Source: a virus. Taken from it: DNA of 64,000 nucleotides. The stretch is taken from positions 4,460 to 68,459 of the IMG/VR virus record IMGVR_UViG_3300021419_000004. One strand, given 5' to 3'. This document shows, piece by piece, positions 36,255 through 45,339 of this stretch. The number at the start of each line of letters is the position of its first letter. Position 1 is the first letter of the stretch. The notes under the pieces were generated by a model. It was given only the letters and a program-made list of their open reading frames with translations, was not told the origin of the DNA and searched no databases. A program made the translations under genes and the position numbers.

Positions 36255-36935
36255 ATGCTCGTGCCCATCAACGGTGCCTTCGGCTCCATGGACGCTGCCT
36301 ACGGAGATGCCTACGGAGCGTCCTACGGCGCCAGCAGCTGGCTGGCCGAGCGCCGCCGCAACCTCAAGAAGGCCCGTCAGCGCGTGATCGCCGCCACCAA
36401 GAACCAGGCCGCCCAGGCTCAGTCCCGCGGCTACCTGGTCCCCACCTCCTCCGCCGCCCAGGCCGGTTCCGCCGCCTGGACCGGCCGGACTCGCTTCTTC
36501 CAGAAGCCCGGCTTCGTGGAGCGCTACCAGTCCCTGCCCACCGCCGTGAAGGCAGGCACTGCGGCCATGATCCCCGGCATCGGCCCTTGGCTGGCCGCCG
36601 GCATCCTGGGCAAGAAGGTGGTCGAGGTGGGCACCAGCCGTCGCAAGGGCAGCGTCGGCACCAGCATCCGCAAGGGGCCGGGCGGAGCCACTGTCGGCCG
36701 CGGGCCTCGAGGCACCAGCGCCTACACCACTGCCAACGACCTCTACGCCGCCCAGGATGCCTTCTCCCAGGGCTACCCGGCCGAGGGCGCCGCTACCTCC
36801 TCCGAGACCGCAGTGGCTGAGGTCTCCGCACCGAGCTACGGCCTGATGGCGGTCGGCGCCCTCCTGTTGGCCGGTGCCGGCTACGCCCTCTTCAAGCGCT
36901 TCAAGAAGGGCAAGAAGAGCAAGAGCAAGAAGTAG
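36255..36935 (+). CDS. Tail-anchored virion membrane protein
   Basis: AYGDAYGASYG N-terminus; C-terminal TM plus KRFKKGKKSKSKK. Confidence 0.75.
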   Translation: MLVPINGAFGSMDAAYGDAYGASYGASSWLAERRRNLKKARQRVIAATKNQAAQAQSRGYLVPTSSAAQAGSAAWTGRTRFFQKPGFVERYQSLPTAVKAGTAAMIPGIGPWLAAGILGKKVVEVGTSRRKGSVGTSIRKGPGGATVGRGPRGTSAYTTANDLYAAQDAFSQGYPAEGAATSSETAVAEVSAPSYGLMAVGALLLAGAGYALFKRFKKGKKSKSKK

Positions 36936-36944
36936 GAGGCACCC

Positions 36945-37631
36945 ATGTCCGCCTGGAGCAACAGCAGCAACTGGGGGCACCCAGTCGCGGGAGCTGCAGC
37001 ACCGTCTGTGGCCGCCACACCTGCGTCTTTCGCGGGCTACGGGGACCCCTTCGTGCGCCCGCAGATGGCCGGTCCGCAGGTGGCGGCCTTGGGCAGTGAC
37101 GCCAAGGTCAACCGGCTGCTGTCAACCAAGGCCAGCGCCGAGCTGGCGAGTGGCTACTACAAGGGCGGCGGCGGCTACACCTACCTGTGGGACGCACCCT
37201 CGGCGACCATCACCATCGCAGCCGGGCCCACGGGCGCGGGCTCCCAGCTCTCCCCGGGGCACACCTACTACAACGCCGTGCTGACGGAGCTCTACCGCAT
37301 CGGCGCTCCCAACACCTCCAGCCCCACCGGCAGCGCAGGCAGCTCGGCAGCGGCCGCCGCGGCGGACGCAAGTGGTGCCGGTGGGATCTCTGGCGGCAGC
37401 CGCTTCGCCAACATCGTCTCCGGCCTCAGTCAAGCAGCCACGACCGCCGCGGCGCTGACCTCCCAGGTCGCCGCAGCCAAGGCGGCCCAGGCCGCCACGG
37501 CAGCGCCAGCAGTCGCAGCTCCGGCGCAGATGGCGCCGGCAACGCCCTCGCGCCTGCCCTGGATCCTGGCCGCTGTTGGTGGAACCGTGGTTCTCGGACT
37601 CATCTTCGCCACCCTCCGGAAGCGCCGATGA
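36945..37631 (+). CDS. Tail-anchored virion membrane protein
   Basis: AGYGD; LPWILAAVGG TM plus RKRR. Confidence 0.75.
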   Translation: MSAWSNSSNWGHPVAGAAAPSVAATPASFAGYGDPFVRPQMAGPQVAALGSDAKVNRLLSTKASAELASGYYKGGGGYTYLWDAPSATITIAAGPTGAGSQLSPGHTYYNAVLTELYRIGAPNTSSPTGSAGSSAAAAAADASGAGGISGGSRFANIVSGLSQAATTAAALTSQVAAAKAAQAATAAPAVAAPAQMAPATPSRLPWILAAVGGTVVLGLIFATLRKRR

Positions 37632-38311
37632 GTACCGCTCAGCTGGCCGGAACGGGTGGGCGCTGGGGAGCTGCGTCTCCCTGGGGTGCCTATGGCCGCG
37701 GCGGCGCTGTCCTCAGCACCGTGGGCGCCGGCCTGCAGAACATCGACTGGCAGCAGACCGGAGAGGCCCTGAGCCAGGCCGGCGCTGCCGGCGTCAGCAT
37801 CTACAGCAACATCTCCGCCATCAAGGCTCAGCAGGCCGCCGAGCAGGCCGCAGCCAACCAACTCGCCCTCCAGGCCTCCGCGCCAGCGCCTGTTGTCTCG
37901 ATTCCGACGGGCTCCGGCGTCCTGCCTTGGGTTGTGGCAGGAGTGGCAGGCCTGGGGGCTTTGGTGCTGCTGCTCCGTGGTCGCGGGAAGGGCGGCCGCC
38001 GCAAGAACCCCTATGGCGTCGAGCCGGTCACCATCATCACCGGCCTGGCCACCGGCATCTCCGCCCTCGTGGGCGCCGCCAAGGTCGGGTACGACATCCG
38101 CAGTGGCAAGCGCGCGGAGCGCATGAGCCAGACGATGGCAGCTCACCAGCAGCTGCAGGCAGCTCAGACCGCGGCCTACACCGCAGGGGCCCAACAGGCC
38201 GGCGCCGAGCTCCAGCGGGCTCAGCAGGCGCGCAGCCTCAAGACCTTCGGAGCACTCGCCGTTGTCGGCGTGCTCGTCTACCTGTTCTACAAGAAGCGGA
38301 GTTCCAAGTGA
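37628..38311 (+). CDS. Two-unit membrane protein (TM-RRKNPYG-unit-TM)
   Basis: ATGA overlap; two TM plus basic segments. Confidence 0.75.
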   Translation: MSTAQLAGTGGRWGAASPWGAYGRGGAVLSTVGAGLQNIDWQQTGEALSQAGAAGVSIYSNISAIKAQQAAEQAAANQLALQASAPAPVVSIPTGSGVLPWVVAGVAGLGALVLLLRGRGKGGRRKNPYGVEPVTIITGLATGISALVGAAKVGYDIRSGKRAERMSQTMAAHQQLQAAQTAAYTAGAQQAGAELQRAQQARSLKTFGALAVVGVLVYLFYKKRSSK

Positions 38312-38988
38312 ACCAGCCTCTCCAGTTCTCCCAGGATCCGGGAATGACGCCCGTCCCTCTCCCCCAGGGCCGCATGCAGATGCCGGCAGGGGCCCAGTCC
38401 GGTGGCGGCAAGCTGCCCGCCCTGCGTCCGGTGCCCCAGGGCTACATCCACGGCCGAAGTGCTGAGCTGCCCCTCGACGTGGAGGCGGATCTGGAAGGGG
38501 GGCCTGCCGTGAATGTGAAGCACCTGCTTCTGGGAGCTGGGGCCGGGTACGCCGTGGGCGGCCCTGTTGGCGCCCTGGCTGGCGGCATCGTGGCCCACAT
38601 CCTGGGCAAGCGGTCGTCTCAGCACGCCTACCAGATGCCGGACAACACCGTCGGCTATGGCGCCACCTACGGAGACGCCTGCAGCCGCTGGCAGCGCAAG
38701 TACGAGCGTTACGCCCGCAAGGGTGGCAAGCGCCGAGACAAGTGGGCCGACAAGAACTACTCCAAGGCGGCTGCTGCAGGCTGCGCCTGGACCCAGCCTG
38801 AGGGCGTCCAGCAGATGCTCCAGGGCCAGATGCCGGACGTGACCAGCTATCAGACCCAGGGCTACCAGGAGGCCATGGCTGCGGCTGGTGGGACCGGAGT
38901 CGGTGGCGGCAACGCGGCCTCACCGGTGTTGCTGGTCGCCGGTCTGGGCGCAGCCGCGCTGGGCCTGATCTACATGTTCACTCGCTGA
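38308..38988 (+). CDS. Two-unit membrane protein (glycine-zipper TM, GYGATYGD, C-terminal TM)
   Basis: GTGA overlap. Confidence 0.75.
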   Translation: MNQPLQFSQDPGMTPVPLPQGRMQMPAGAQSGGGKLPALRPVPQGYIHGRSAELPLDVEADLEGGPAVNVKHLLLGAGAGYAVGGPVGALAGGIVAHILGKRSSQHAYQMPDNTVGYGATYGDACSRWQRKYERYARKGGKRRDKWADKNYSKAAAAGCAWTQPEGVQQMLQGQMPDVTSYQTQGYQEAMAAAGGTGVGGGNAASPVLLVAGLGAAALGLIYMFTR

Positions 38989-39035
38989 GCGCTGAGCGCC
39001 AGCACACCGCGCCCCGGGGCGCAAAGGACGAGACC

Positions 39036-39290
39036 ATGAGCAAGAAGTTCGCCAGCAAGGGTCAGATCAAAGAGCAGCTGCAGGACGCCGTGGAGAAGGT
39101 GGCTGAGAAGCTCGAGGCCACCAACATCCAGGCCGACGAGCTCCCTGAGCTCTCCGCCAAGTTCACCATCGCCCTGACTTCGACCATCGAGGCCGCCAGC
39201 GACAAGCGCTTCACCTTCACTGAGCTGATGGATGTCGGTGCCAAGTGGAGGGCCTTTGGTGCTGCCTGGAAGGCCGCCCGCCAGGACTGA
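39036..39290 (+). CDS. Small helical protein
   Basis: AAGGA RBS. Confidence 0.7.
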   Translation: MSKKFASKGQIKEQLQDAVEKVAEKLEATNIQADELPELSAKFTIALTSTIEAASDKRFTFTELMDVGAKWRAFGAAWKAARQD

Positions 39291-39316
39291 GAGCGCGCAA
39301 GCGCTGAGGAGCCCCT

Positions 39317-39742
39317 ATGCCCTGCACCTGCCATCAACGCGCCTCCCACGGCTACCTGGGCTACCAGGGCTACGGGAATGCGCACTACGGCAACGCGGAC
39401 ACCGATACGCCTGAGGCCGAGTCGTCCTCCTGGGAACAGTACGCGCCCCTGGTGACGGCAGTGGTCGAGGGCACCTCTGACCCCCACAAGCAGGCGTTGC
39501 TGTGGGAACAGCGGCTGGTGACGCTGCAGAAGGCAGGCTTCTCCCCCGAGAGCGCCGCCTACCGCAGCGCAGAGGCTCGGTACCAGGCTGCCCTTCGCGC
39601 CGCCGGGATGGAGCTCGAGGAGGAGCAGTCCACGCGCGAGTGGCGGGCCCTCGGCAAGGCTGGCATCGCTACTGGCATTGTCGTCGGTATCGGTGTCCTG
39701 GTGGCGCTGGGCGTGGCCATCGGCCGCGGAGGCAAGAAGTGA
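39317..39742 (+). CDS. Tail-anchored virion membrane protein
   Basis: GYLGYQGYGNAHYGN; C-terminal TM plus RGGKK. Confidence 0.75.
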   Translation: MPCTCHQRASHGYLGYQGYGNAHYGNADTDTPEAESSSWEQYAPLVTAVVEGTSDPHKQALLWEQRLVTLQKAGFSPESAAYRSAEARYQAALRAAGMELEEEQSTREWRALGKAGIATGIVVGIGVLVALGVAIGRGGKK

Positions 39743-40425
39743 GCATCCAGGCTGCCCGCATCCAGCGACAGGCGGAGCTCCTCAAGCAGCTCAAGCCGGC
39801 CGGCACCTTGCGGAAGAACAAGCGAGCCCGCAAGAAGGCCAAGCGGAAGTTCTCCGGCACGGCTGTGGCGCGTACCAACGCCGCAGGCAGCAAGCGTTGG
39901 ATGTGGTGGGCAGCTGCGGGCACAGGCGTCGCTCTCATCGCGGGCAGCCTCTTCAAGCCGGTGCGGGGGCTCCTGCGCGGGTTGGGCATCGGAGGTGTGG
40001 ACCATCCCGAAGCCTGGGCGGTAGACCGTAGTGCAGCCGCCCTGGACGAAGCTGCTCGGGAGACCAGCGACGCTGCGCTGTCGGACAACTACAGCCGTCT
40101 GTCCCAGCTCGTCGCCTCCGGAGGCGTCTGGGGCCAGGATCGCAGCGCGGCGGACATCCTCATCGGGACCGCGGCGATGATCAACTACCAGGCAGCCCCG
40201 GTGGCCTCCAGCCGGCTCCGGCTGTTCATGGCGGACCGAGGGGTGAGCTGGAAAAGCGGCGGCACCGTCGTCACAGATGCTGAGCTCGCTGAGCTGGAGG
40301 ACGTGGTAGGCTGGCGCTCGATGTTGCCGGCCTGGCGCCCCTCCCTGGGACTGGCTGGTGCCGGTGCAAGCCTGGTGCTCGTCGGCATCGTGGGCACCAT
40401 GCTCACGCGGAGGAAGAAGCGATGA
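39739..40425 (+). CDS. Basic N-terminus, two-TM membrane protein
   Basis: RKNKRARKKAKRK; ends TM plus RRKKR. Confidence 0.75.
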   Translation: MSIQAARIQRQAELLKQLKPAGTLRKNKRARKKAKRKFSGTAVARTNAAGSKRWMWWAAAGTGVALIAGSLFKPVRGLLRGLGIGGVDHPEAWAVDRSAAALDEAARETSDAALSDNYSRLSQLVASGGVWGQDRSAADILIGTAAMINYQAAPVASSRLRLFMADRGVSWKSGGTVVTDAELAELEDVVGWRSMLPAWRPSLGLAGAGASLVLVGIVGTMLTRRKKR

Positions 40426-41159
40426 ACGCGATGACCACGACCATTCAGCCGGGCATGCCCCGGGCCAAGGCAACGGCGACTGGCGTCGGCCTCCGCTCTC
40501 TCCCCTGGATCATCGGCGGCGCCATCCTCGCCAAGGCCGGCGGCTTCCAGCCCGCTGCGGGTGCGTTCATGGGCCTGGGCATCGGGGTGTCCCTGGGCCT
40601 GCGGCGGGCAAAGGAGCAGGAGCTCCTGGGCAGCGCTGGGTCTCCGGTCCTGCAGGACGCCGCTGCCAGCGTGGCGACCGCGGGCATGGCCGACGCGGAC
40701 ACCCTCAAGACCGCCTGGAACTACTGGACCAAGTGGGGTGTGCGTGGCGGGCTCGAGAACGTGGCCTATGAGGCCGAGGAAGCTGCGGCCGAGGCTGCAG
40801 GTGCTGCCGGGGGCATCGCCGCAGCTGCGCAGCAAGCCTACAAGGATGAACTGGAGCGCCGAGAGCAGGAGCGCAAGCGCAAGCGCATGGAGCGCATCCT
40901 CAAGATCGGCGGTCTGAGCCTGCTGGGTCTGGTCATCGCCGGTGGGGTCGCTGGCCGGGCGGCGGGCGGGACTCGTCGGCGGAACCCGGCGAAGGACAAG
41001 GGCCCCAGCTGGCTCGCCGTTGGCCTTGTGACTGCCCTGGCAGCTGCGGACACCGTGACGCCCGGGTTCCCCTTCCCGGGCTCCGCCGTGGTACTGGTAC
41101 CAGCGGCTGCCGCAACCTGGCTGGCCAAGCTGAGCGCCATGGGTGTGAAGCTCCGCTGA
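40422..41159 (+). CDS. Multi-TM membrane protein with RRRNP motif
   Basis: LPWIIGG TM; GGTRRRNP. Confidence 0.75.
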   Translation: MNAMTTTIQPGMPRAKATATGVGLRSLPWIIGGAILAKAGGFQPAAGAFMGLGIGVSLGLRRAKEQELLGSAGSPVLQDAAASVATAGMADADTLKTAWNYWTKWGVRGGLENVAYEAEEAAAEAAGAAGGIAAAAQQAYKDELERREQERKRKRMERILKIGGLSLLGLVIAGGVAGRAAGGTRRRNPAKDKGPSWLAVGLVTALAAADTVTPGFPFPGSAVVLVPAAAATWLAKLSAMGVKLR

Positions 41160-41168
41160 GAGGACGAC

Positions 41169-41888
41169 ATGAGACTGCTGAACCAGGGCATCCGCAACAT
41201 CGCCGCCCGGCTGGGGATTGACCAGGCCTGGGAGGACTCCGAGGAGGCCGCCCAGGACGCCTACGAGTCCCACCACTGGGGCCACAAGCATGACGGCACC
41301 ACCTTCACCGACGACCATCCGGACGCGCCGGCGGTCTCGACGGAGATGGGCAAGCTGCTGGCGCTGGGGGTCATTCCCATCGGCAAGCGAGGTACTCCCG
41401 ACCGACGGGCCGCCAAGGCCATGCACCACTGGGAGAAGCGCCTCGAGCTCAACCCGGAGAAGGTGCCGGGCGAGGATGAGGGCATCGCCGAGCTGTGGTT
41501 CAACGGCCGGAAGGACCCGCGCTGCATCGTCAGCTTCACGCCTGCATCGGAGCTCCTGCACCTGGCGCTCCCTCCCGATGAGCAGAAGCGCATGCAGGCC
41601 TACTTCCGTAGCGCGCACCTCTACCCCCTGGGCGAGCTGGCCGGTATCCGCGGTGGTCGAGCTGCTGAGGGTGATGAGCGTCAGGTTCCGGTGGCGCTCC
41701 TGGGTGAGCTCGCCTGGGTGATGTACCTCACCGACAAGAAGGGCGATGGCGTCAGTGAGTACGTGCACGGCATGGGCACGGAAGGCCGCTTGACCCCGAT
41801 GCGCCCCTACCTGTGTGTCGCCGAGGATGGGTCCCTGTGGCTCGCCGGTGGCAACTACGAGGTCAAGTCCGTCGGGATCAGCGGATGA
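41169..41888 (+). CDS. Soluble protein of the structural module, unknown function
   Basis: YESHHWGH, LGELAWVMY...EYVH...PYL...LAGGNYEV..GI. Confidence 0.75.
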   Translation: MRLLNQGIRNIAARLGIDQAWEDSEEAAQDAYESHHWGHKHDGTTFTDDHPDAPAVSTEMGKLLALGVIPIGKRGTPDRRAAKAMHHWEKRLELNPEKVPGEDEGIAELWFNGRKDPRCIVSFTPASELLHLALPPDEQKRMQAYFRSAHLYPLGELAGIRGGRAAEGDERQVPVALLGELAWVMYLTDKKGDGVSEYVHGMGTEGRLTPMRPYLCVAEDGSLWLAGGNYEVKSVGISG

Positions 41889-42532
41889 GGCGTGGGTGGC
41901 TGTGGCTTGCGGCGGTGACGCTGCCTGCAGTCACCGGGCTGTTGGCGTGGTGGTACCGCCGCAGGACCGTCTTGTCGCTACCCGGCCAAGAGGAGAGCAT
42001 CGTGGCAAAGGTCTACCAGTGGACGGAAGAGCTGATGTCCGGCACCGAGGAGACGGAGGTCGAGGGTGTCCGGGCCAAGAAGGGCGTCGTCTTCACGCCC
42101 CAGATCCTGACGGGCCTGCAGCGCCTGCGGGACGCCCTCGGGCAGGATGCCTACGGGCTCGTGGTCACCGACGGCTGGCGCACCCCTGAAGTACAGGCTG
42201 CCCGGCTGTGGAGCAAGTACCTCAAGGGCACGACCATCCGAGGCAAGTACACTCCGCCCGGCTTTGGTGCGCTCTACGCGCTCTACAAGGCCGACTGGAT
42301 CATCGCCAAGCTCGAGGAGGCCGGCGCCAGCAAGAGCGCCTGGGCCAGTGTGCTCAAGAAGCTGGCGAACCAGGGCTACTACCTCAGCGACCACCAGCGG
42401 GGTGATGCCTTCGACCTGCGCACCCGCGGCATGCCCGCCGACGACCGTGCCAAGATCCTCGCAGCCGTGAAGGCCCTCGGCGGGTCGGCATTGGACGAGG
42501 GCGACCACATCCATGTGGAGAATCTGGGATGA
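41885..42532 (+). CDS. Membrane-anchored peptidase M15 (Hedgehog/DD-peptidase fold) peptidoglycan hydrolase
   Basis: VTDGWRT, SDHQRGDAFD, DHIHVE; N-terminal TM. Confidence 0.85.
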   Translation: MRRGWLWLAAVTLPAVTGLLAWWYRRRTVLSLPGQEESIVAKVYQWTEELMSGTEETEVEGVRAKKGVVFTPQILTGLQRLRDALGQDAYGLVVTDGWRTPEVQAARLWSKYLKGTTIRGKYTPPGFGALYALYKADWIIAKLEEAGASKSAWASVLKKLANQGYYLSDHQRGDAFDLRTRGMPADDRAKILAAVKALGGSALDEGDHIHVENLG

Positions 42533-42780
42533 CTCTTTCCGAAGCCTTGGAAGCCTACGGGCGCCTCGCCCCTGCCGACAATGCGCTATCCCGACGCGTG
42601 TACGCGGCTATGCCCCAGCTCTCCGACCCGCCCACGCGGGAGGAGCTCATCGAGTGGCTGGCCTGGAATGACCCCAACGGCGTCTACTACGACGAGGACA
42701 TGCTCTATGAGTTCGGTGAGGTGCTGACCCTGGAAGAGGCCCAGGATCTCTTCATCGAGACGATGGAGGAGGCGGGCTGA
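42529..42780 (+). CDS. Small acidic protein
   Basis: REELIEWLAWNDPNGVYYDE. Confidence 0.7.
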   Translation: MTLSEALEAYGRLAPADNALSRRVYAAMPQLSDPPTREELIEWLAWNDPNGVYYDEDMLYEFGEVLTLEEAQDLFIETMEEAG

Positions 42781-43136
42781 TGCCCCGCTTCCTCATCTAC
42801 CTCACCTTGCCTGCCGTGGAACTCATCAGGCCGGCGGCGCTGGTGCGGGGAGTCTCGAAGGTGGCCCTGGGCGTCGAACGGAGCAGGGCTGGTGACGGCG
42901 GCTTCTACAAGGCGTACCGGAGAGCCGGCGGGGACCCAGACAAGCTCTCCGACTACTGGATCCAGAAGAGGGATGCCTTCATCGCCCGCCACCGCGCCCA
43001 GATGCGGGAGCGCGGGTCGAATGGCTGGGAGAAGGTGGGAGGCGAGTGGAGGCCAACCCGCCAACATCTGGCGCTGGCCGCCTGGGCCTACTCACCATCT
43101 CCCGACCGGCTCATCCGCTGGGCTGAGAGCCAGTAG
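42780..43136 (+). CDS. Hypothetical protein
   Basis: W..KRDAFIARH...PTRQHLALAAWAYSP. Confidence 0.7.
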   Translation: MPRFLIYLTLPAVELIRPAALVRGVSKVALGVERSRAGDGGFYKAYRRAGGDPDKLSDYWIQKRDAFIARHRAQMRERGSNGWEKVGGEWRPTRQHLALAAWAYSPSPDRLIRWAESQ

Positions 43137-43146
43137 CGCCAGCAGC

Positions 43147-43386
43147 TCAGCCGAGGTGCCCCAGGCTCGCGGGGCCCGGGTTGCTGCTCACCTTGATGGC
43201 CTTCTCCAGCTCGGGGGTCATCTGGCCTTTGCGCCTGGCCTCTTGCACCAGGACCCACAGGGCCATCGCTTCCTCCACGGCCGCAACCAGCGAGATCTGA
43301 CGCCATCCGCGCATCATGTCGAAGTTGCGCTTGATGGCCGTGCGGACATCGACGCGCACGCTGGATCGGCTTTGGGGTGTGGCCAT
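43147..43386 (-). CDS. Putative ribbon-helix-helix DNA-binding protein
   Basis: SVRVDVR beta strand followed by two helices (SLVAAVEEAMALW); GGAGG RBS. Confidence 0.55.
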   Translation of the reverse strand: MATPQSRSSVRVDVRTAIKRNFDMMRGWRQISLVAAVEEAMALWVLVQEARRKGQMTPELEKAIKVSSNPGPASLGHLG

Positions 43387-43600
43387 GTGGATGCAGTCCT
43401 CCGGACCGTCCTGTGGCCCGTGGAGGGACCATAGCACAGGTGCAGGAAGTGTGAAAGGTGCGAGAGGTGCGCAATAACCGGAGTATCTCAGGTGAATCGA
43501 GCTTCGTCCCTTGGACTGCTCTACCGCCTCCGCTACGGTCCAAGTGTCTCGAGCCCACCGCGGGTCTCGGAACCTTCATTCCCACCCCGAGGAGGCCCCC

Positions 43601-44437
43601 ATGGCCGTGCGCAAGCGCAAGACGCGCAAGAGCACCAAGCGCCGCCGGAAGAACCCGGTGCGCGGCGTTGGCACGCTCGTCCTGAACCCCCGCCGCAAGC
43701 GTCGGCGCCCGGTCAAGCGGAAGCGTCCCGTGAAGCGCCGCGTGGCAGCTCGCCGGAAGCCGGTGCGTCGCCGCAGGCCCGCCGTCCGTCGGCGCAAGGC
43801 TGTGGCTCGTCGTCGCCCGGTGCGGCGTCGTCGGCCCGTGCGCCGGAAGGCAACGCGTCGCCGCAACAGCGCCGTCTACATGCGGAAGACCAACCCCAAG
43901 CGCCGCCGGCGCAGCAAGGCCAAGGTCCGCTACAGCCGCAAGAAGAACAGCGTCCGGCGTCGCCGGAACCCGGGCTTCGCTGGCATGCTCAAGAAGATCC
44001 CCTTCATCGGCAAGCCCCTGGCCGCCATGGTCGAGGCCCTCCCCGCTGCTGCCCTGGGCGCCATCGGTGTCGAACCCACCATGATGCTCGCCAAGTTCGT
44101 CGGGCCCTACGTGCCCCAGATGAACCCGGCGATCTTCTACGCCCTGACCGGCTCCCTCCTGGCCGGCATCATCGGCTCCACCTCCTTCCTGGGCGCCGCC
44201 TTCCACAAGAAGCTGGCCATCGCGGTGGCTTCGGCTGCCGGCGGTGTCGCCTACTACAAGTGGCGGACCGAAGGGCCCATGTCGGACATGCCGACCGAGA
44301 TGGCGGGTCTCCCCTCCTACTCCGGCATCGGCAACGTCCTGGGCCTCCCCGACTACGGGGACACCGGCTACGCCGTCGTGCCCATGGCAGGCCTGCACAC
44401 CCAGCCCCTCGCGGGCCCCGGTGGCTACCCCCGCTGA
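43601..44437 (+). CDS. Arg/Lys-rich protamine-like DNA-condensing protein with C-terminal membrane domain
   Basis: About 125 aa R/K-rich region punctuated by NP motifs, then about 3 hydrophobic helices; GGAGG RBS. Confidence 0.8.
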   Translation: MAVRKRKTRKSTKRRRKNPVRGVGTLVLNPRRKRRRPVKRKRPVKRRVAARRKPVRRRRPAVRRRKAVARRRPVRRRRPVRRKATRRRNSAVYMRKTNPKRRRRSKAKVRYSRKKNSVRRRRNPGFAGMLKKIPFIGKPLAAMVEALPAAALGAIGVEPTMMLAKFVGPYVPQMNPAIFYALTGSLLAGIIGSTSFLGAAFHKKLAIAVASAAGGVAYYKWRTEGPMSDMPTEMAGLPSYSGIGNVLGLPDYGDTGYAVVPMAGLHTQPLAGPGGYPR

Positions 44438-44443
44438 CTGAGT

Positions 44444-44467
44444 GCGGCCCTGGACAACCAGGGCCGC
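44444..44467 (+). other. Perfect 10-bp hairpin upstream of the capsid candidate
   Basis: GCGGCCCTGG-ACAA-CCAGGGCCGC. Confidence 0.7.
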
Positions 44468-44550
44468 CTCACCCTCGCTTCCCCGCTCGCAAAAGAGCAC
44501 CTGGCTGGGCCGATTGAGGCCCTCACTCCTACCCCCCAAAGAGGTACACC

Positions 44551-45237
44551 ATGTTCCCTTCTCTCGGCGCTCCCGGCCAGGTCGTGGCTGGCGGAAACCC
44601 CACCGCCCTCGCTCCGATGGCCCTCCCCAAGTCCGTCGTCCGCATCGGCGAGCAGGCCATCTGGTCCACCCAGCAGTACGCTGACGCGACCGCCCTGGCC
44701 CGCAACGAGGACATCCTGTTCTCGACCCCCCAGAACGGCACCGGCCAGGGCTTCGCGGCCCCGCTGAGCCTCGCGGAGACCAACCTCCGTGAGTCCAGCC
44801 GCATCCCCGGCGGCTACGCCTACACCGTCCAGGCCATCGCCCTGCAGACCTACTACGCCGACCAGTGGGCCATCGTGCGCGCTGACGTGGCGAACCTGGT
44901 CAACAACTGCGTCCCCCAGTGGTCCTTCCTCCAGGTCCGCATCGAGATCGCTCCCGCCCAGCTCATCGGCGCCGGCGGCGGTGTGTACGGCGACACCGCC
45001 GACACCGGTGCGGCCGACGGTGGCTCCGGCGGTTCCCGGACCACGCTGAACAACGGCAACGGGCAGGTGTGGGTCTACCGCGCCCACCCGGTCGCCCTGC
45101 CCGCGAACAGCACCTACAACATCGTCCTGAGCTGGGGCGCCAACGCCTCCGCGGTGGACGGCGGCCAGAACAACAGCTCGCAGAACGTGCGCTGTGTCCT
45201 GCTCGGCACCTTCGAGAGCGCGATCCCCATCGCCTGA
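44551..45237 (+). CDS. Putative major capsid protein (single jelly-roll-like)
   Basis: Beta-rich, LFSTP...ETNL....RIP..Y.V.AI pattern; strong C-ending codon bias; flanked by hairpin and terminator. Confidence 0.55.
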   Translation: MFPSLGAPGQVVAGGNPTALAPMALPKSVVRIGEQAIWSTQQYADATALARNEDILFSTPQNGTGQGFAAPLSLAETNLRESSRIPGGYAYTVQAIALQTYYADQWAIVRADVANLVNNCVPQWSFLQVRIEIAPAQLIGAGGGVYGDTADTGAADGGSGGSRTTLNNGNGQVWVYRAHPVALPANSTYNIVLSWGANASAVDGGQNNSSQNVRCVLLGTFESAIPIA

Positions 45238-45286
45238 CCGAGGGCGGGTCTTCCCGCTGGCCTCGGCCCTTCTCGGGCCACCACAG

Positions 45287-45328
45287 GGCCGGGGCCCCTC
45301 ATCTGAGGTGGTCCCGGCCTTTTGCTTT
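45287..45328 (+). terminator. Rho-independent terminator after the capsid candidate
   Basis: GGCCGGG...CCCGGCC stem followed by TTTTGCTTT; extra hairpin 45238-45266. Confidence 0.75.
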
Positions 45329-45339
45329 CAGGAGCTCCG

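Noticed and set aside
36255-41159. Sortase or MYXO-CTERM sorting signals
   Set aside because: TM plus basic tails are present, but there is no LPxTG or GC motif and no N-terminal signal peptides; better explained as virion membrane anchors
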